A DNA stretch of 33,679 nt from Coniocarpon cinnabarinum. Taxonomy: Eukaryota. Where the stretch lies: the NCBI GenBank assembly GCA_051942205.1, contig JAVECO010000012.1, positions 186,001-219,679 of the forward strand, read 5' to 3'. The notes under the pieces were generated by a model. It had not been told where the DNA came from, did not search any database, and was given only the letters and a program-made list of their open reading frames with translations. Shown piece after piece: positions 20,490-33,543 of the stretch (the first letter of the stretch is position 1; each line of letters begins with the position of its first letter). Both the position numbers and the translations under genes were made by a program.

Positions 20490-22720
20490 TCAAAGTCGAC
20501 TCTCTCGCTCGCAGCTCCGCCATCTCGGCCGTCCTCTCCGCTCAAGCCTCGCGACTTCATCCCTGACGCACCACCAAGGTGACTCGCCCTTCAAAGACCA
20601 ACTTTCGACACCGTCGATACGTGGAAGCTCTCTCGCGTCTCTTGCCCGGCTTCTCTCGGCTGCGCTACGTTGCCCATGATAAACGCATACGCCTGCTTCC
20701 CTGAAGATCGGACAGATCGAGTCGTCACGGCCATGCTCTGGAACGCCCAGTACAAGTTTCGTGTCGGGTTGTCCTTGGTCATCATAAGATGAATGATGCC
20801 TTTCAATGAAATCTGCCTGGCCATCTGATTCCCTATCACCGTCGACAAGCGTCCGTGGGGATATCTGACCTGAGCTTCCTGGAGATCTTCCTGAGCCGTC
20901 GCTTGCGGAGGACCGCAAGCTTCCATCAAATGTCTGCACAGAGACTCGACGTCCGCTTGACTCCTGGTCATGGGAAGCGGTGCTATCAGGCGATTGTTGC
21001 AACTGGCCATGTATAGGACAGTATTCACCCTGGCCACCTGGATATAGTGCACATTAGTGTAAGCGTTAGACCATCCTATTCAGAGCAACTAACCTCGATG
21101 CTTGGGATGCAATGGACAGAGCGGACTGTTCTGATAGTGGTCGGGCACGTGTTGGGTCTGCTCCTGCTTATGTTTTGCGACTTGAGCGTCAGGGGTGGAA
21201 AAATAGTCAAAAACGGGCCGACGGAAAACAAATTCTTCCAGCGGAGGTGTGGGAGGGGGAATAAAGGCGTCCGGTGGTAGACCGCGCTGTGCAGCACGAG
21301 CATGATGATCATGCAAACCGGGCGAGTGTCGCGCCGCGTCCGATGTAATGTCTCTGGATGCGGACTGTCTTGATGTTGCCGAAGCGGGAGTGTCTTTGGT
21401 GGATGGAATTTGCTCGTCAACACCTGTAAGCTGTCGAAGAGGACTCTGTCGACTCGGAGAAGATCTGCGTAACTCCGCCTGACGACCTTTGGCTGGAAAA
21501 TTCAAAGGTGATTTCAATGCAAATCGAGGGGGTGCGAGCGGTGGTGCGGACTGAGCTGCAGATGCCTCTATGGGCATCGGCGTAGGCGGACGCATGACCG
21601 TGGATAGAGACGCGGCTGCCGTATTTGATTGTTCAGAAACACGTATATCTGATAGCGAGCGCCGTGTGCCCGAACGTTGGACATCTTCTTGGGCGGGGGG
21701 AGCCATGGAACTATCTGTTGCCGCTTTACCTGGTAATTTCGCATTTACTGTGCTTGCTCCAGGGAGCATTGACTCCTCAATGGTTGGCCGTGGTCGCAGA
21801 GAATATTGAGAATCGTATGTGCCGATTGTAGCTAGACTTGCATTGGTGCTTGGAGTGTTATAATAGCGAACGCTAGGATCTGTGTTGGCAGTAACAGGAT
21901 CTATCGCACCTCTGATTGACCGCGCCGTGAGATTGTATTTGTCGTACGGCGGTGTCCCGACCGTTGGCGATGGTGAGCTGGCTGAACTGGGGGTTTTAGA
22001 AGAGATTGACTCCATTGGTGTAGGCGTCCCAGGCTGCGAGGGACTCGTATTGACTAGGAACGATTTCAACGACTTTATGTTAGCTACAGAAGGCCGCACC
22101 ATGCGACGTTTCTGTGAAGAGTCATGGCCCGCCGTGATACTCGCGTGGTATTGTCGAAGTGCGTTTGGATCCGGGCCTGTTTGTTTCTGGTTAATCGGGC
22201 TCTGCATAGGTAGAAAGTCTTCTGGAGATGTCTGTGTCCCTTTGTCGACGTAGTTGGAAGGCCGAACCCTTTTGATATCAACCTCGCGACCCGACTTGCG
22301 CGAGAAAGAGATTGCCTTCGCCACTACTCTCATCGCCGCCGCTAATGACTTTGAGTTGCCTTTGAGCTTCTTTTGATGACTTTCTGTAGCATTGGCAAAT
22401 GCCACATGGCTGTAAGCATGAGCGGGAGGATCTGGCGAATCTTTCTGAGCTTCTTCTGGAAGCGGTGGCAGGGGCTTATTCAATAGATAATCTGCAGAAA
22501 GCTTTGCAGGGCTCCACGCTGTGGCGTCGGATGCATTATTGTAGTAACCGCTTGAGACTGAAGTAATGGACGGTTCGTCGGTCTGTGTACCACGGTCGTG
22601 TTTCGGCGAGTGCAATTTGCGCCGCTGCGCCAGTGGTAGTTCGCTGGAGGAGCGAGACTCCAACGGTGAAGGCGAATGTGAAGGAATATGAAGAGGCGGT
22701 AAGCTGCCGTCGTTCGCCAT
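20490..22720 (-). CDS. Hypothetical Ser/Pro-rich protein with two C-terminal His/Cys motifs
   Basis: The 543-aa ORF joins the 20490-21037 frame through intron 21038-21093 (GTTAGT..CTAAC/CTAAT..CAG). The junction restores ...SPLCPLHPKHRG-GQGEYCPIHG. Confidence 0.8.
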
Positions 22721-23236
22721 AAGTGCTAGGCTTACAATTTCCGGTGCATGGAGAAAATGTTAAGAGCGCTCGCGGATGTTTGAGCTGTGTTAGTTGCTGT
22801 TGTATTGAGTAATATGAAGATGCGCAACGTCAAAGAGAGATAGTTGATCGCGTAGCAGGGAAAGAAGGAAATGTGGAGGTGAGTGCTATGATCTAGGGTT
22901 GCACCACAGCGAATAGGTGGGAATGACAGTGATAGAGGTGGAGACGGGGTGTATAGCAGCCAGTGCTTGCTGAACCAAGATCAATTGAGAATTTGGAGAG
23001 TCCACGCCTTAATGAAGGAAAGAGCGAAGGTGGTCACGAGGAAAGCAGAATAGGCAGTCGCTCCAGAGGCCGTGCTTGCGAGGCGCTGAGGAGACCTACC
23101 TAATAGTCAAGTGGCCTCTCTTTAGCCTCCTGTCTGAAAGAACATATGTAGTGACCTAATGATCACATCATTTCCAAAACATTAGAAGGATCTGTCCTTC
23201 TAGAAGCTTTAGGTTTCTCGGCACGCTTGCTGCCAA

Positions 23237-24390
23237 TTACTTTTCGAACTTGAGCCCACTTTCCTTCCTGACTGCACCGTAAATTCCAGGAATGTCCTGT
23301 CACGTACAAAATCAGCAATCTTATACCAAACGACAGATCAAGCTGGAGACTTACACCTTTGGAGCCCATGTGATCTTGTATATCTTTAAGATGACCATCG
23401 CAGACTTCTACAGCCCGCATTCGGACGCCATGTGCATCGGCAATGTTCAGTGCATGCCGGGCGTCCTTGCGCACAAGGTCTACGCCAAACAACGGCTTCT
23501 TGTAGTTAGTGATGTACTTCGCCGCGTGACTTGGACTAGGAAAGCTCACCTCATCCCGCTTGTAATAGTCGCCTTGCATCATTCTATCCATGTGAATTAG
23601 CTAAAGTCAGCTGATCAATATATTCGGCAACAGCTGACCGGTTTGAATATGCGCCGTAAGGCGCTGCCCCAAAGAGTGCCGTAACAAATGTATGAAGGTT
23701 CTCGCTTCCCAGCCCTGACTTCTCGGCCAAGACGTGGCCCTCAGCTAAAGCCTCATTCATCTGCAAAATCAATGTATTCCCAACAATTTTCATCAGACTC
23801 GCTTTGGCGGGCTCTTGGTCGCTGAAGTCGATATCTAATCGGCCAATGACACCAGTTGTATAGGGCTTGACTTTCTCAACAGCAGCCTTGGGTCCGGCGA
23901 GAACGGTAATGACTTGGCCAGCTTCTGCCATGGCAGGTGCACCGAAAATAGGCATCGCAACAAACTCAGCGCCTTTAGTAGTCAAAGTTTGAGATATTTC
24001 GTTCGAAGTGTTGGGGTGAATGGTGGAGCAATCCACGAATAGCTTTCCAGATACGTCGTTCCCCACGAAAGCAGCAACGGCATCGGTGACCGACTTGTCG
24101 TCGCCGAGACAGAAGAAGATGATATCAGATGATTTCACAACATCATCCATGTGCGTAACGACTTTCGCTTGATCTGCTTCTCGTGCAGCGACGAAGTCCT
24201 CTGCACGTTTGGTAGTACGGTTAAACACCGCAAGAGGCTGTGAAAGTTTTCCCTTCTCTGCCAAATTTTTCGCCATTCCCTACAACCTCATGAGCAAGCC
24301 ATCGACTGCACGCACTGATATTCTCTTATGTATTGTGAGACATACCCGGCCCATATTACCCAAGCCTATCCATGCCACTTGTGGTGCCAT
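23237..24390 (-). CDS. NAD(P)-dependent beta-hydroxyacid dehydrogenase (3-hydroxyisobutyrate/6-phosphogluconate dehydrogenase family)
   Basis: MAPQVAWIGLGNMGRGMAKNL (Rossmann motif), VFNRT, FVDCSTIHP, FVAMPIFG, MKIVGN and KDARHAL, ending GAVRKESGLKFEK. Introns at 24280-24345, 23584-23638, 23496-23549 and 23297-23354. Confidence 0.92.
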
Positions 24391-24701
24391 GTTGTTTGCT
24401 GGACGCGTTGACCCAAGCCAGGGCGAGCAGGGAATGCCTATTTTGTGATGTGCTTGAAATATGCTTCCAGAATTGGTGATCTGGTGCAGCAGGCTCGGAG
24501 ACAGGTTGACGATAAGACATCTTTGCGCAGCTCATCTGTCTTCGTCCTTTTGACGTCGCTTAGAAAAAGATTTATGACGTTTGCTGTCTGCAACTCGAAC
24601 GGCAAAAACTCGGGCCATTGGCTTCACGAAAACCCAATGGCGAAGGTTTGCGGAGCGATATATATCGATGAGTGTTGACAGCGACACGACACGTATTCAT
24701 C

Positions 24702-24708
24702 TGAGTCA
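24702..24708. promoter_or_regulatory. Candidate Gcn4/CpcA response element TGAGTCA upstream of ARG2
   Basis: Perfect TGA(C/G)TCA, 84-170 nt upstream of the two candidate starts of an arginine biosynthesis gene. Confidence 0.55.
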
Positions 24709-24876
24709 CGTTGAGCATTCATATACTAATATTGTAATGCAACTTCATATTCAATTTCCGTTCTGACAGCCTTCCCGAGCAGGCGAACATCATGCTCAAG
24801 GGGCTTGTCAAGACGCAGTCCGAGGTTCGCTTTCCAGTCGATCCGAGCGACCTTGTGTCTGGCTTACGTGTGGAGA

Positions 24877-26873
24877 ATGCTCACCCGTGGACTGGCTCTC
24901 CGTCAGCAGCCTCTCCGTTCTTTCAAAGTCACAAACAGGCTTTGCAATAACGACCGAGTCACACAGCAAGGCAAGCTCGCTTTCACAAAAAGCTTCAGCT
25001 TGAGTCCAACAAATCCCAGCCGTGCTAGGAATATCGATGAGGAAAGAGTAAGCTGCCCGGGGCATTGTGGCACATCGAGCGCTTAGACCTATACCAGGAC
25101 ATTTTCTTGTCAGTGCTGAATGCTTCCACAACGAAGCGCGATGCAAAATCGTATTTGTCGCGATTTTCGCCCCCTTCGAAAGGTATGGCAAGTCGAAGCC
25201 GCGCCCAGACTTGCATCAAGCCGTGATCTCACCAATTGATAGGTCAGCATGCTCAAGTATATGTCCGTCCGCTACATGTAGCGCTGGTCAAAATAAGGGC
25301 ACTTGAATTGTTGAACGAATCTCTCCTAAACGGCTTGGTCCGCACCTTCTCTCAGCTGGGCAGGCTTGGCCTTGGATGTATCATCGTTATTGAGGCTGGG
25401 CAGCATGATGGACTGCAAACCTTTGACCCAAAATTATCAAGGGAGGTATGTTACCGGCAAGCTCAAAGATTGGTCTCGGCTCTTGAAAAGCTTGAATATG
25501 CTCGAGCCCGCCGGCTTGACGAGCTCCTGGATATCTCGACAGATACCGCGCTACCTACTGCTACCGTGTCAGTCCGTGGTGATGTAGAGGTGCGACACTC
25601 CACAATTCTGGCCAGAGCCTTGAAAAATGGCTTAATACCGGTCATCACTCCTGTGGCTTACACAGAAGATAATCAACGTCTGGTCGATATTGATGCCAAC
25701 GAAGCCATTATGGCGATTGTAAGATATCTTGCAGGGGTCGGCCGTGGTCGCGGTGGCATTGAGAATGAAGTGCGCGCCCAGTTGATTGCAAGAAAAATAA
25801 AAGATCCCAACGTGCGGCACGTTTTGGATCGTATCATTGTTATTGACCCTGATGGCGCAATCCCATCAGCAGCACGTTCTGGTGGAGGTCACGTATTTCT
25901 GAACATGGAGCAAGAGTATCTACAAGTCAGGTCCGAATTATTGCAAGAACGCGAGGTCAGTCACCAAGGAGATACCACACAGCATATTCGCAATCTAGAC
26001 CTGTTACACAATGCGCTCGCGTTACTGCCACCATCAGCGTCCGCTCTCTTGACGAAACCTTCTCAAGCAGCAAGTCTGAGGAGACAAGAGTCTGACATAG
26101 AGGCATTCGGCGTTCAGACAAGACGACCGAAAAACCCCCTCATATTCAACCTTCTTACGGACAAGCCTCTAATCTCGTCGTCCCTTCCTTCGGCTCGAAT
26201 GAATGGAGCTAACAAAACAGCGTTGGATTCACAGCAGTCGCCTCTCCCCCAAGCGACCTTCGCAAAGCGCGGAATGCCCGTGACAATTCTTCCTGACCCA
26301 AGAGTAAAGACGTGGAAAGCACCGCGTAAGGGCGAGAACCGCATAAGTCTCGAAGACCCACGTGTGGACTTTCCTCGACTGTTGCACCTCATTGAAGACT
26401 CGTTCAATCGACCGTTGGATGTCGCGCATTATGTTGAGCGTATCCGTGATAAGATTGCGGGTATCATAGTCGCAGGCGAGTACGAAGGCGGAGCTATTCT
26501 GACGTGGGAAATGCCCCCTGGAGTCACAGATGACGGAACCGAAAGCACACGTCAGCGGATGGTACCTTACCTAGACAAATTCGCGGTCCTCAAACGCAGT
26601 CAAGGGTCCGGTGGCGTTGCAGATATCGTGTTCTCAGCCATGGTTCGAAATTGTTTCCCAGATGGTGTGTGTTGGAGAAGTCGGCGAGACAATCCGGTCA
26701 ACAAGTGGTACTTTGAAAGGTCCGTGGGCACATGGAAAATTCGCGCATCGAATTGGACCATGTTTTGGACCACCCCGGCCTTGCAGTGGGATAGTCAGCG
26801 CTGGCGCGACTGTGAATCAGTTTGCAGGACAGTGACACCCAGCTGGGCGGACAACAAGCAGCAGCTCGACTAG
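24877..26873 (+). CDS. ARG2: Mitochondrial N-acetylglutamate synthase (amino-acid acetyltransferase)
   Basis: Presequence-like N-terminus, intron 25048-25097, then DIFLSVLNASTTKRDAKSYLSRF, HVFLNMEQEY, NPLIFNLLTDKP, LIEDSFNRPLD, YLDKFAV and WRSRRDNPVNKWYFERS (NAT domain). The true start may be at 24792 (see findings). Confidence 0.93.
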
Positions 26874-27376
26874 CATGACAGCTCATTTCCCGCGTACGCA
26901 GTCCACTTTTCACGGGGACCTGCTGAGCGTCATGGAACGTTGTCCAACCTCAAGCGCAGCATACACAGAGGCCACTGCCTGGCGCCATCTCGTCATCAGA
27001 CCGCACAACAGCCCTCAGATGGTATCAACAACGGTGCGTCGTGCTCAAGGTTTGATGAGGAGAACCCAGGTGATGGGGAGACCTTGCTGAGTATCCACCT
27101 TGCTGTCCAGGAGCATCCGCCGAAAAGGGTCTTGCGTGCTAGGATGTCACCCTGTCACGTGTCTGTGTATCTGTGTGGTGGTGAGTGCGGGAAAGGTCCG
27201 CGGTATCCGTTGGTGCCCCACGCTGCCTCGAGTGACGCGGGTGGGGCCAGCATTTCTACGCCCTGACGCTTATTTATGTCCAACAGCTTCGATCCGAAAT
27301 TTTCTCAACTTTTCAGACTTTTTCCACCGAACAACAACATCTCCACCAGCGTATCTTGACCATCAACATCGTCGAT

Positions 27377-29092
<1,716 letters not shown>

Positions 29093-29491
29093 CTCGCCGA
29101 GGAAGACACGAATTCTGCGGCAAAATTGTAAATCATGACCCTCGACCCTGCTGCTCGAGAGCAAACGTGACGCCCATCCTCACCAGACGGACTGCATAAG
29201 AAATGATATAGTCTCACGCATTGCCTTCGTCGCGCGTCCAGATCTGGCTTTGACAGCGGGAGGAAGCAAGGTGACAAGATGTAGTAAAGACGACTCTTGC
29301 CCACGGGGAGCTTAGCAGTACATATCACCGTATATACAGCCTCACACCCTGCCTGATCTTCAACGGCTGCAATACGTTGTCGTTAGTATTGAGCCAATGG
29401 AAAAGCACGCCCACATCGCTGACCAACCCTTGCCGAAGGGGCAGTTCACGCTAAACTCGAGTGAGAAAGCGGTTGATTGGCCCCTCACCTT

Positions 29492-29501
29492 CCGATGTCG
29501 G
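29492..29501. promoter_or_regulatory. Candidate Leu3/LeuB binding site CCG-N4-CGG
   Basis: CCGATGTCGG about 125 nt upstream of the LEU1 ATG. CCAAT motifs lie at 29394-29398 (+) and 29476-29480 (-). Confidence 0.55.
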
Positions 29502-29623
29502 CACTCGGACTCGCGACGTCAGTCTGTGCTCAAACATTCTTAATCAATGGTCCTCGACTGTGTACTTCTCTGGCGAGGCCTGCAATTCATCAGGGAAGCA
29601 ATAATATCACAGAATCAACAGTC

Positions 29624-32052
29624 ATGCCTGGAGCCGTTCCAGGACCACAGACCTTGTATGACAAGGTTCTGAGTTCCCACATTGTGGACGAGAAGGACGA
29701 TGGCACGCTTTTGCTGTACATTGGTATGCAACCCCTGCAGTAGCTGTACGCGTCCACCATGCCTAAACGAGTGCCCAGACAGGCACCTCGTCCATGAGGT
29801 GACCTCCCCCCAGGCCTTCGAAGGTCTGCGTAACGCCAAACGTAAGGTTCGACGTCCGGACTGCACGCTTGCAACCACCGACCATGTGAGTTGGATGACC
29901 TTTTTCTGACACTTGTCGAAGCTTACTTGGAGCCCAGAACGTGCCCACTACCCCTCGTAAGAGCTTCAAGGATATCAAGTCATTCGTCGAGGAAGACGAC
30001 TCGCGGACACAATGCCTCACGCTCGAGGACAACGTGGAAGAGTTTGGTCTCACCTACTTTGGCCTCGGCGACAAGCGGCAGGGAATTGTACACATCATTG
30101 GACCTGAACAAGGCTTCACCCTTCCCGGCACGACAGTCGTCTGTGGCGACAGTCACACGTCGACCCATGGCGCCTTCGGTGCACTCGCGTTCGGCATTGG
30201 CACAAGTGAGGTCGAGCATGTTCTCGCCACACAGACCCTCATCACAAAACGCAGCAAGAACATGCGGATACAAGTCGATGGCGATCTCGCTCCCGGCGTC
30301 AGCAGTAAAGACATCATTCTGCACGCCATTGGCCGAATCGGAACAGCAGGCGGCACCGGTGCTGTCATCGAGTACTGCGGCTCAGCGATTCGAGGCCTAA
30401 GCATGGAAGCTCGAATGTCCATTTGCAACATGTCTATCGAAGCTGGTGCCCGTGCCGGCATGGTCGCACCCGATGCAACGACATTCGCGTACTTGAAAGG
30501 CCGTCCTCTATCCCCCAAGTCCGAGTCCGACTGGAAACGCGCTGTCGAGTACTGGTCCAATCTCAAGACAGACGCAGGCGCCACGTTTGACGAAGACATT
30601 TTCGTCGCCGCCAAAGACATTGCACCGACCGTTTCCTGGGGGACCTCGCCGCAAGACGTCGTCTCTATAGAAGGCATAGTACCCAGCCCCAGCGACTTCA
30701 GTGAACCCTCCCGCCAAGAATCCTGCAAACGTGCACTCGAGTACATGGGCTTGACACCAGGAACACCAATGCAAGACATCACCCTTGATAAAGTCTTCAT
30801 CGGGTCCTGTACCAACGCGCGCATCGAAGACCTGCGCGCCGCCTCGAAAATCGTCCAAGGAAAACGCGTCGCACCCAATCTCAAACGCGCCATGATTGTC
30901 CCCGGTTCCGGTCTCGTCAAGAAACAAGCAGAAGAAGAGGGACTTGACAGGATCTTCCAAGATGCGGGCTTCGAGTGGCGAGAAGCAGGCTGCTCGATGT
31001 GTCTCGGCATGAACCCGGATATTCTTTCGCCTCAAGAACGCTGCGCCAGCACGTCGAACCGCAATTTTGAAGGTAGGCAAGGTGCAGGCGGCCGCACGCA
31101 TCTCATGTCGCCCGTCATGGCCGCCGCCGCCGCACTCACAGGCCGACTCGCCGACGTCCGCAAAGTCGCCTCAGCCGCTCATGTCTCCCCCGCCAAAGCC
31201 TCACCTAAGATCGACGTCGCCGACGCAGAAGTCGACGACATCTCCACAGACGAAGATCTCGATCGGATTCTGGATCTGCCCGAAGACAACGCCCTCGATG
31301 CCAACGGCGCTGCGCAAACAGCGGCGCCCGCGCCGTCGGGTGGTATGCCCAAGTTCACGCAGTTGAAAGGTATTGCGGCACCACTTGAGCGTTCGAACGT
31401 CGACACCGACGCCATCATCCCAAAACAATTCCTCAAAACAATAAAACGCTCCGGTCTGGGAAGTGCTCTCTTCCACGCCTGGCGCTACGACGCCACCACT
31501 GGGAATGAAGATCCCTCTTTCATCCTGAATCAGAGCCCCTACCGCGACGCAAAGATCCTCGTGGTGACTGGTGAGAATTTCGGATGCGGCAGCAGTCGCG
31601 AACATGCGCCCTGGGCTTTGTTGGATTTCGGCATCAAAGCTATTATCGCGCCGAGCTATGCTGATATATTCTTTAATAATACCTTTAAAAACGGGATGCT
31701 CCCTCTTGTCCTTCCAACCGACCAACTCCAAAAAGTGGCAGACGAAGCGAAAGCCGGACGAGAAATCGAAGTCGATCTCCCCGCTCAGACCGTCAAGGAT
31801 GCGAGTGGTAATGTCCTAGGACGATTCGACGTTGAGAGCTTCAGGAAACACTGTCTCGTCGAAGGCCTTGATGATATCGGGCTCACGATGCAATTGGACT
31901 CGAAGATTGGGAGGTTCGAGGCGAAGAGAACTATGGAGACGCCTTGGTTGGATGGAAGTGGGTATTTGCGGCGGGGAAAGAGGAAGGTGGAGGCGGCGCC
32001 GGTGCCGACGACGAATCGGGGGGAGGTCAAGGATGAGCCTTTGGAGTGGTGA
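29624..32052 (+). CDS. LEU1: 3-isopropylmalate dehydratase (fused large and small subunits)
   Basis: [94 protein letters not shown] and [15 protein letters not shown]. Introns at 29724-29778 and 29886-29937. Confidence 0.98.
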
Positions 32053-32057
32053 TGTTG

Positions 32058-32099
32058 TGAGTTGAGTTGAGTTGAGTGTGCGAAGCTGAGCTGAGCTGA
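32058..32099. repeat. Pentanucleotide microsatellites (TGAGT)n and (GCTGA)n in the LEU1 3' region
   Basis: tgagttgagttgagttgagt ... gctgagctgagctga. Confidence 0.7.
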
Positions 32100-32654
32100 T
32101 TGGAATGTAGAGTGTGCGCGAAGTGTGCTGCGGAGTATGCGTGGAGTGCACAGACTTGTGCGCTGCTGAGTATCGAGCGTAATGCTCAAGTCATGTGTTG
32201 ATGATCAGGAAATCAACGGAGAAGCCATTCATATGGAGCACTCGATTCGCCCTCATGGGGTCCATAGCCCTGAGCATTCGACCATTGACTTGACTTGTTC
32301 CAATCCCGCGTGCGGATCTATCTGGCCAGCGGTCTATCTCCACCATCCGCCTGACTGCACTGTCGTGGCCTTCTCATTAAGTATCCTTCTTATTAAGTAT
32401 CCTCCTCATTAGTAAGCAAGATTTCCCACGAAAAGCTAAAGATCTAGGGCGCGTGGTTAGCAATTCCAATTCGCAAATGACAATCGCAGGCATGCTCAAC
32501 ATAGCATCGACGGATGACAAGGTCAGGTCCGTTCAACTTAGGTTTGGTGTCTTCAGTTCTATGCGGTGGCATGGACATTGCCGTTATCGCGTCTTATATG
32601 CAAGACATGGCGCAGGCTTCGATTTGATCAAGTATTTTCATCAAGTATAGACGC

Positions 32655-32850
32655 GTGAGCTCAGTTCTGAATTGTGCAAGACGTAAGCTTGTCTCTGAAT
32701 TGCGCAAGACGTGAGCTTATCTCTGAATTGTCCAAGACGTGAGCTTGTCTCTGAATTGTGCAAGACGTGAGCTTTTCTCTGAACTGCGCAAGACGTGAGC
32801 TTGTCTCTGAATTGTGCAAGACGTGAGCTTGTCTCTGAATTGCGCAAGAC
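32655..32850. repeat. Minisatellite, 7 x 28 nt
   Basis: Consensus gtgagcttgtctctgaattg(t/c)gcaagac, head to tail with no spacers. Confidence 0.95.
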
Positions 32851-32969
32851 TTGGAAGGGAAGCAGGGATACGGAAGGAAGGAAGGAAGGATACGGAAGGC
32901 GTTGATGAGTTGGACTGAGATTGAATAATGAATGTATGAGAAAACGTGTTGGATTCGAGTCTGGCGACT

Positions 32970-33185
32970 GGATGAACATGTGAATGAACATGCGAATGAC
33001 CATTCGAATGAACATGTGAATGAACATGCGAATGACCATGCGAATGACCATGCGAATGACCATGCGAATGAACATGCGAATGAACATGCGAATGAATACG
33101 CGAATGAACATGCGAATGAATACGCGAATGAACATGCGAATGAATACGCGAATGAACATGCGAATGAATACGCGAATGAATACGC
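32970..33185. repeat. Minisatellite, 18 x 12 nt
   Basis: Consensus gaatgaacatgc, with variants gaatgaccatgc and gaatgaatacgc. Confidence 0.95.
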
Positions 33186-33305
33186 GATGCTGGTATCGAT
33201 GCTGTATCGATGCTAATACTTGCAATGCTAATACATGCAATGCTATACATGCAATGCTATACATGCAATACAATACTATACATACAATACTAATACACAT
33301 ACACA
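33186..33305. repeat. Degenerate 12-15 nt repeats / low-complexity sequence
   Basis: gatgctg(g)tatc x2, tgcaatgcta(a)taca x3, then aatacta- and (CA)-rich sequence. Confidence 0.7.
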
Positions 33306-33543
33306 CGCAACGCCGCTACACATCAACACTCGTCACAAACGAGAGACTAATCCTGCAACGCCCGTCCACATACAACGCCAGCACAACATAAACGCTCCTT
33401 CCTTTATCCTAAGTATATTCCCATATACTTGACAACGACAACTGTCTGTTCTTTTCGACAGAGAGCAAAGCCGCGGCGTAACATGTGTGGGGTTCTTTTC
33501 CAAGACTGGACACGAGCGGGTTTAGACTTGAGATGAACGGAAG

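Noticed and set aside
23163..23300. Cryptic PTS1 in the dehydrogenase via readthrough or alternative splicing of the last intron
   Set aside because: The readthrough and alternative frames end in FWK, EMM and RET, none a PTS1. The short readthrough extensions of LEU1, SSC1, VPS36, BEM1 and the BTB gene also lack one.
32197..32275. Possible C/D-box snoRNA (TTGATGA...CTGA)
   Set aside because: The C box is imperfect, there is no convincing terminal stem, and I recognised no rRNA-complementary guide.
32655..32850. CRISPR-like array (28-nt repeats)
   Set aside because: Units are contiguous with no spacers, there are no cas genes, and the context is eukaryotic.
32641..33432. ORFs with repetitive translations (IRMF, HSHV, NEHA, MRMN)
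   Set aside because: They arise from stop-free tandem repeats in several frames on both strands, with no independent coding evidence.
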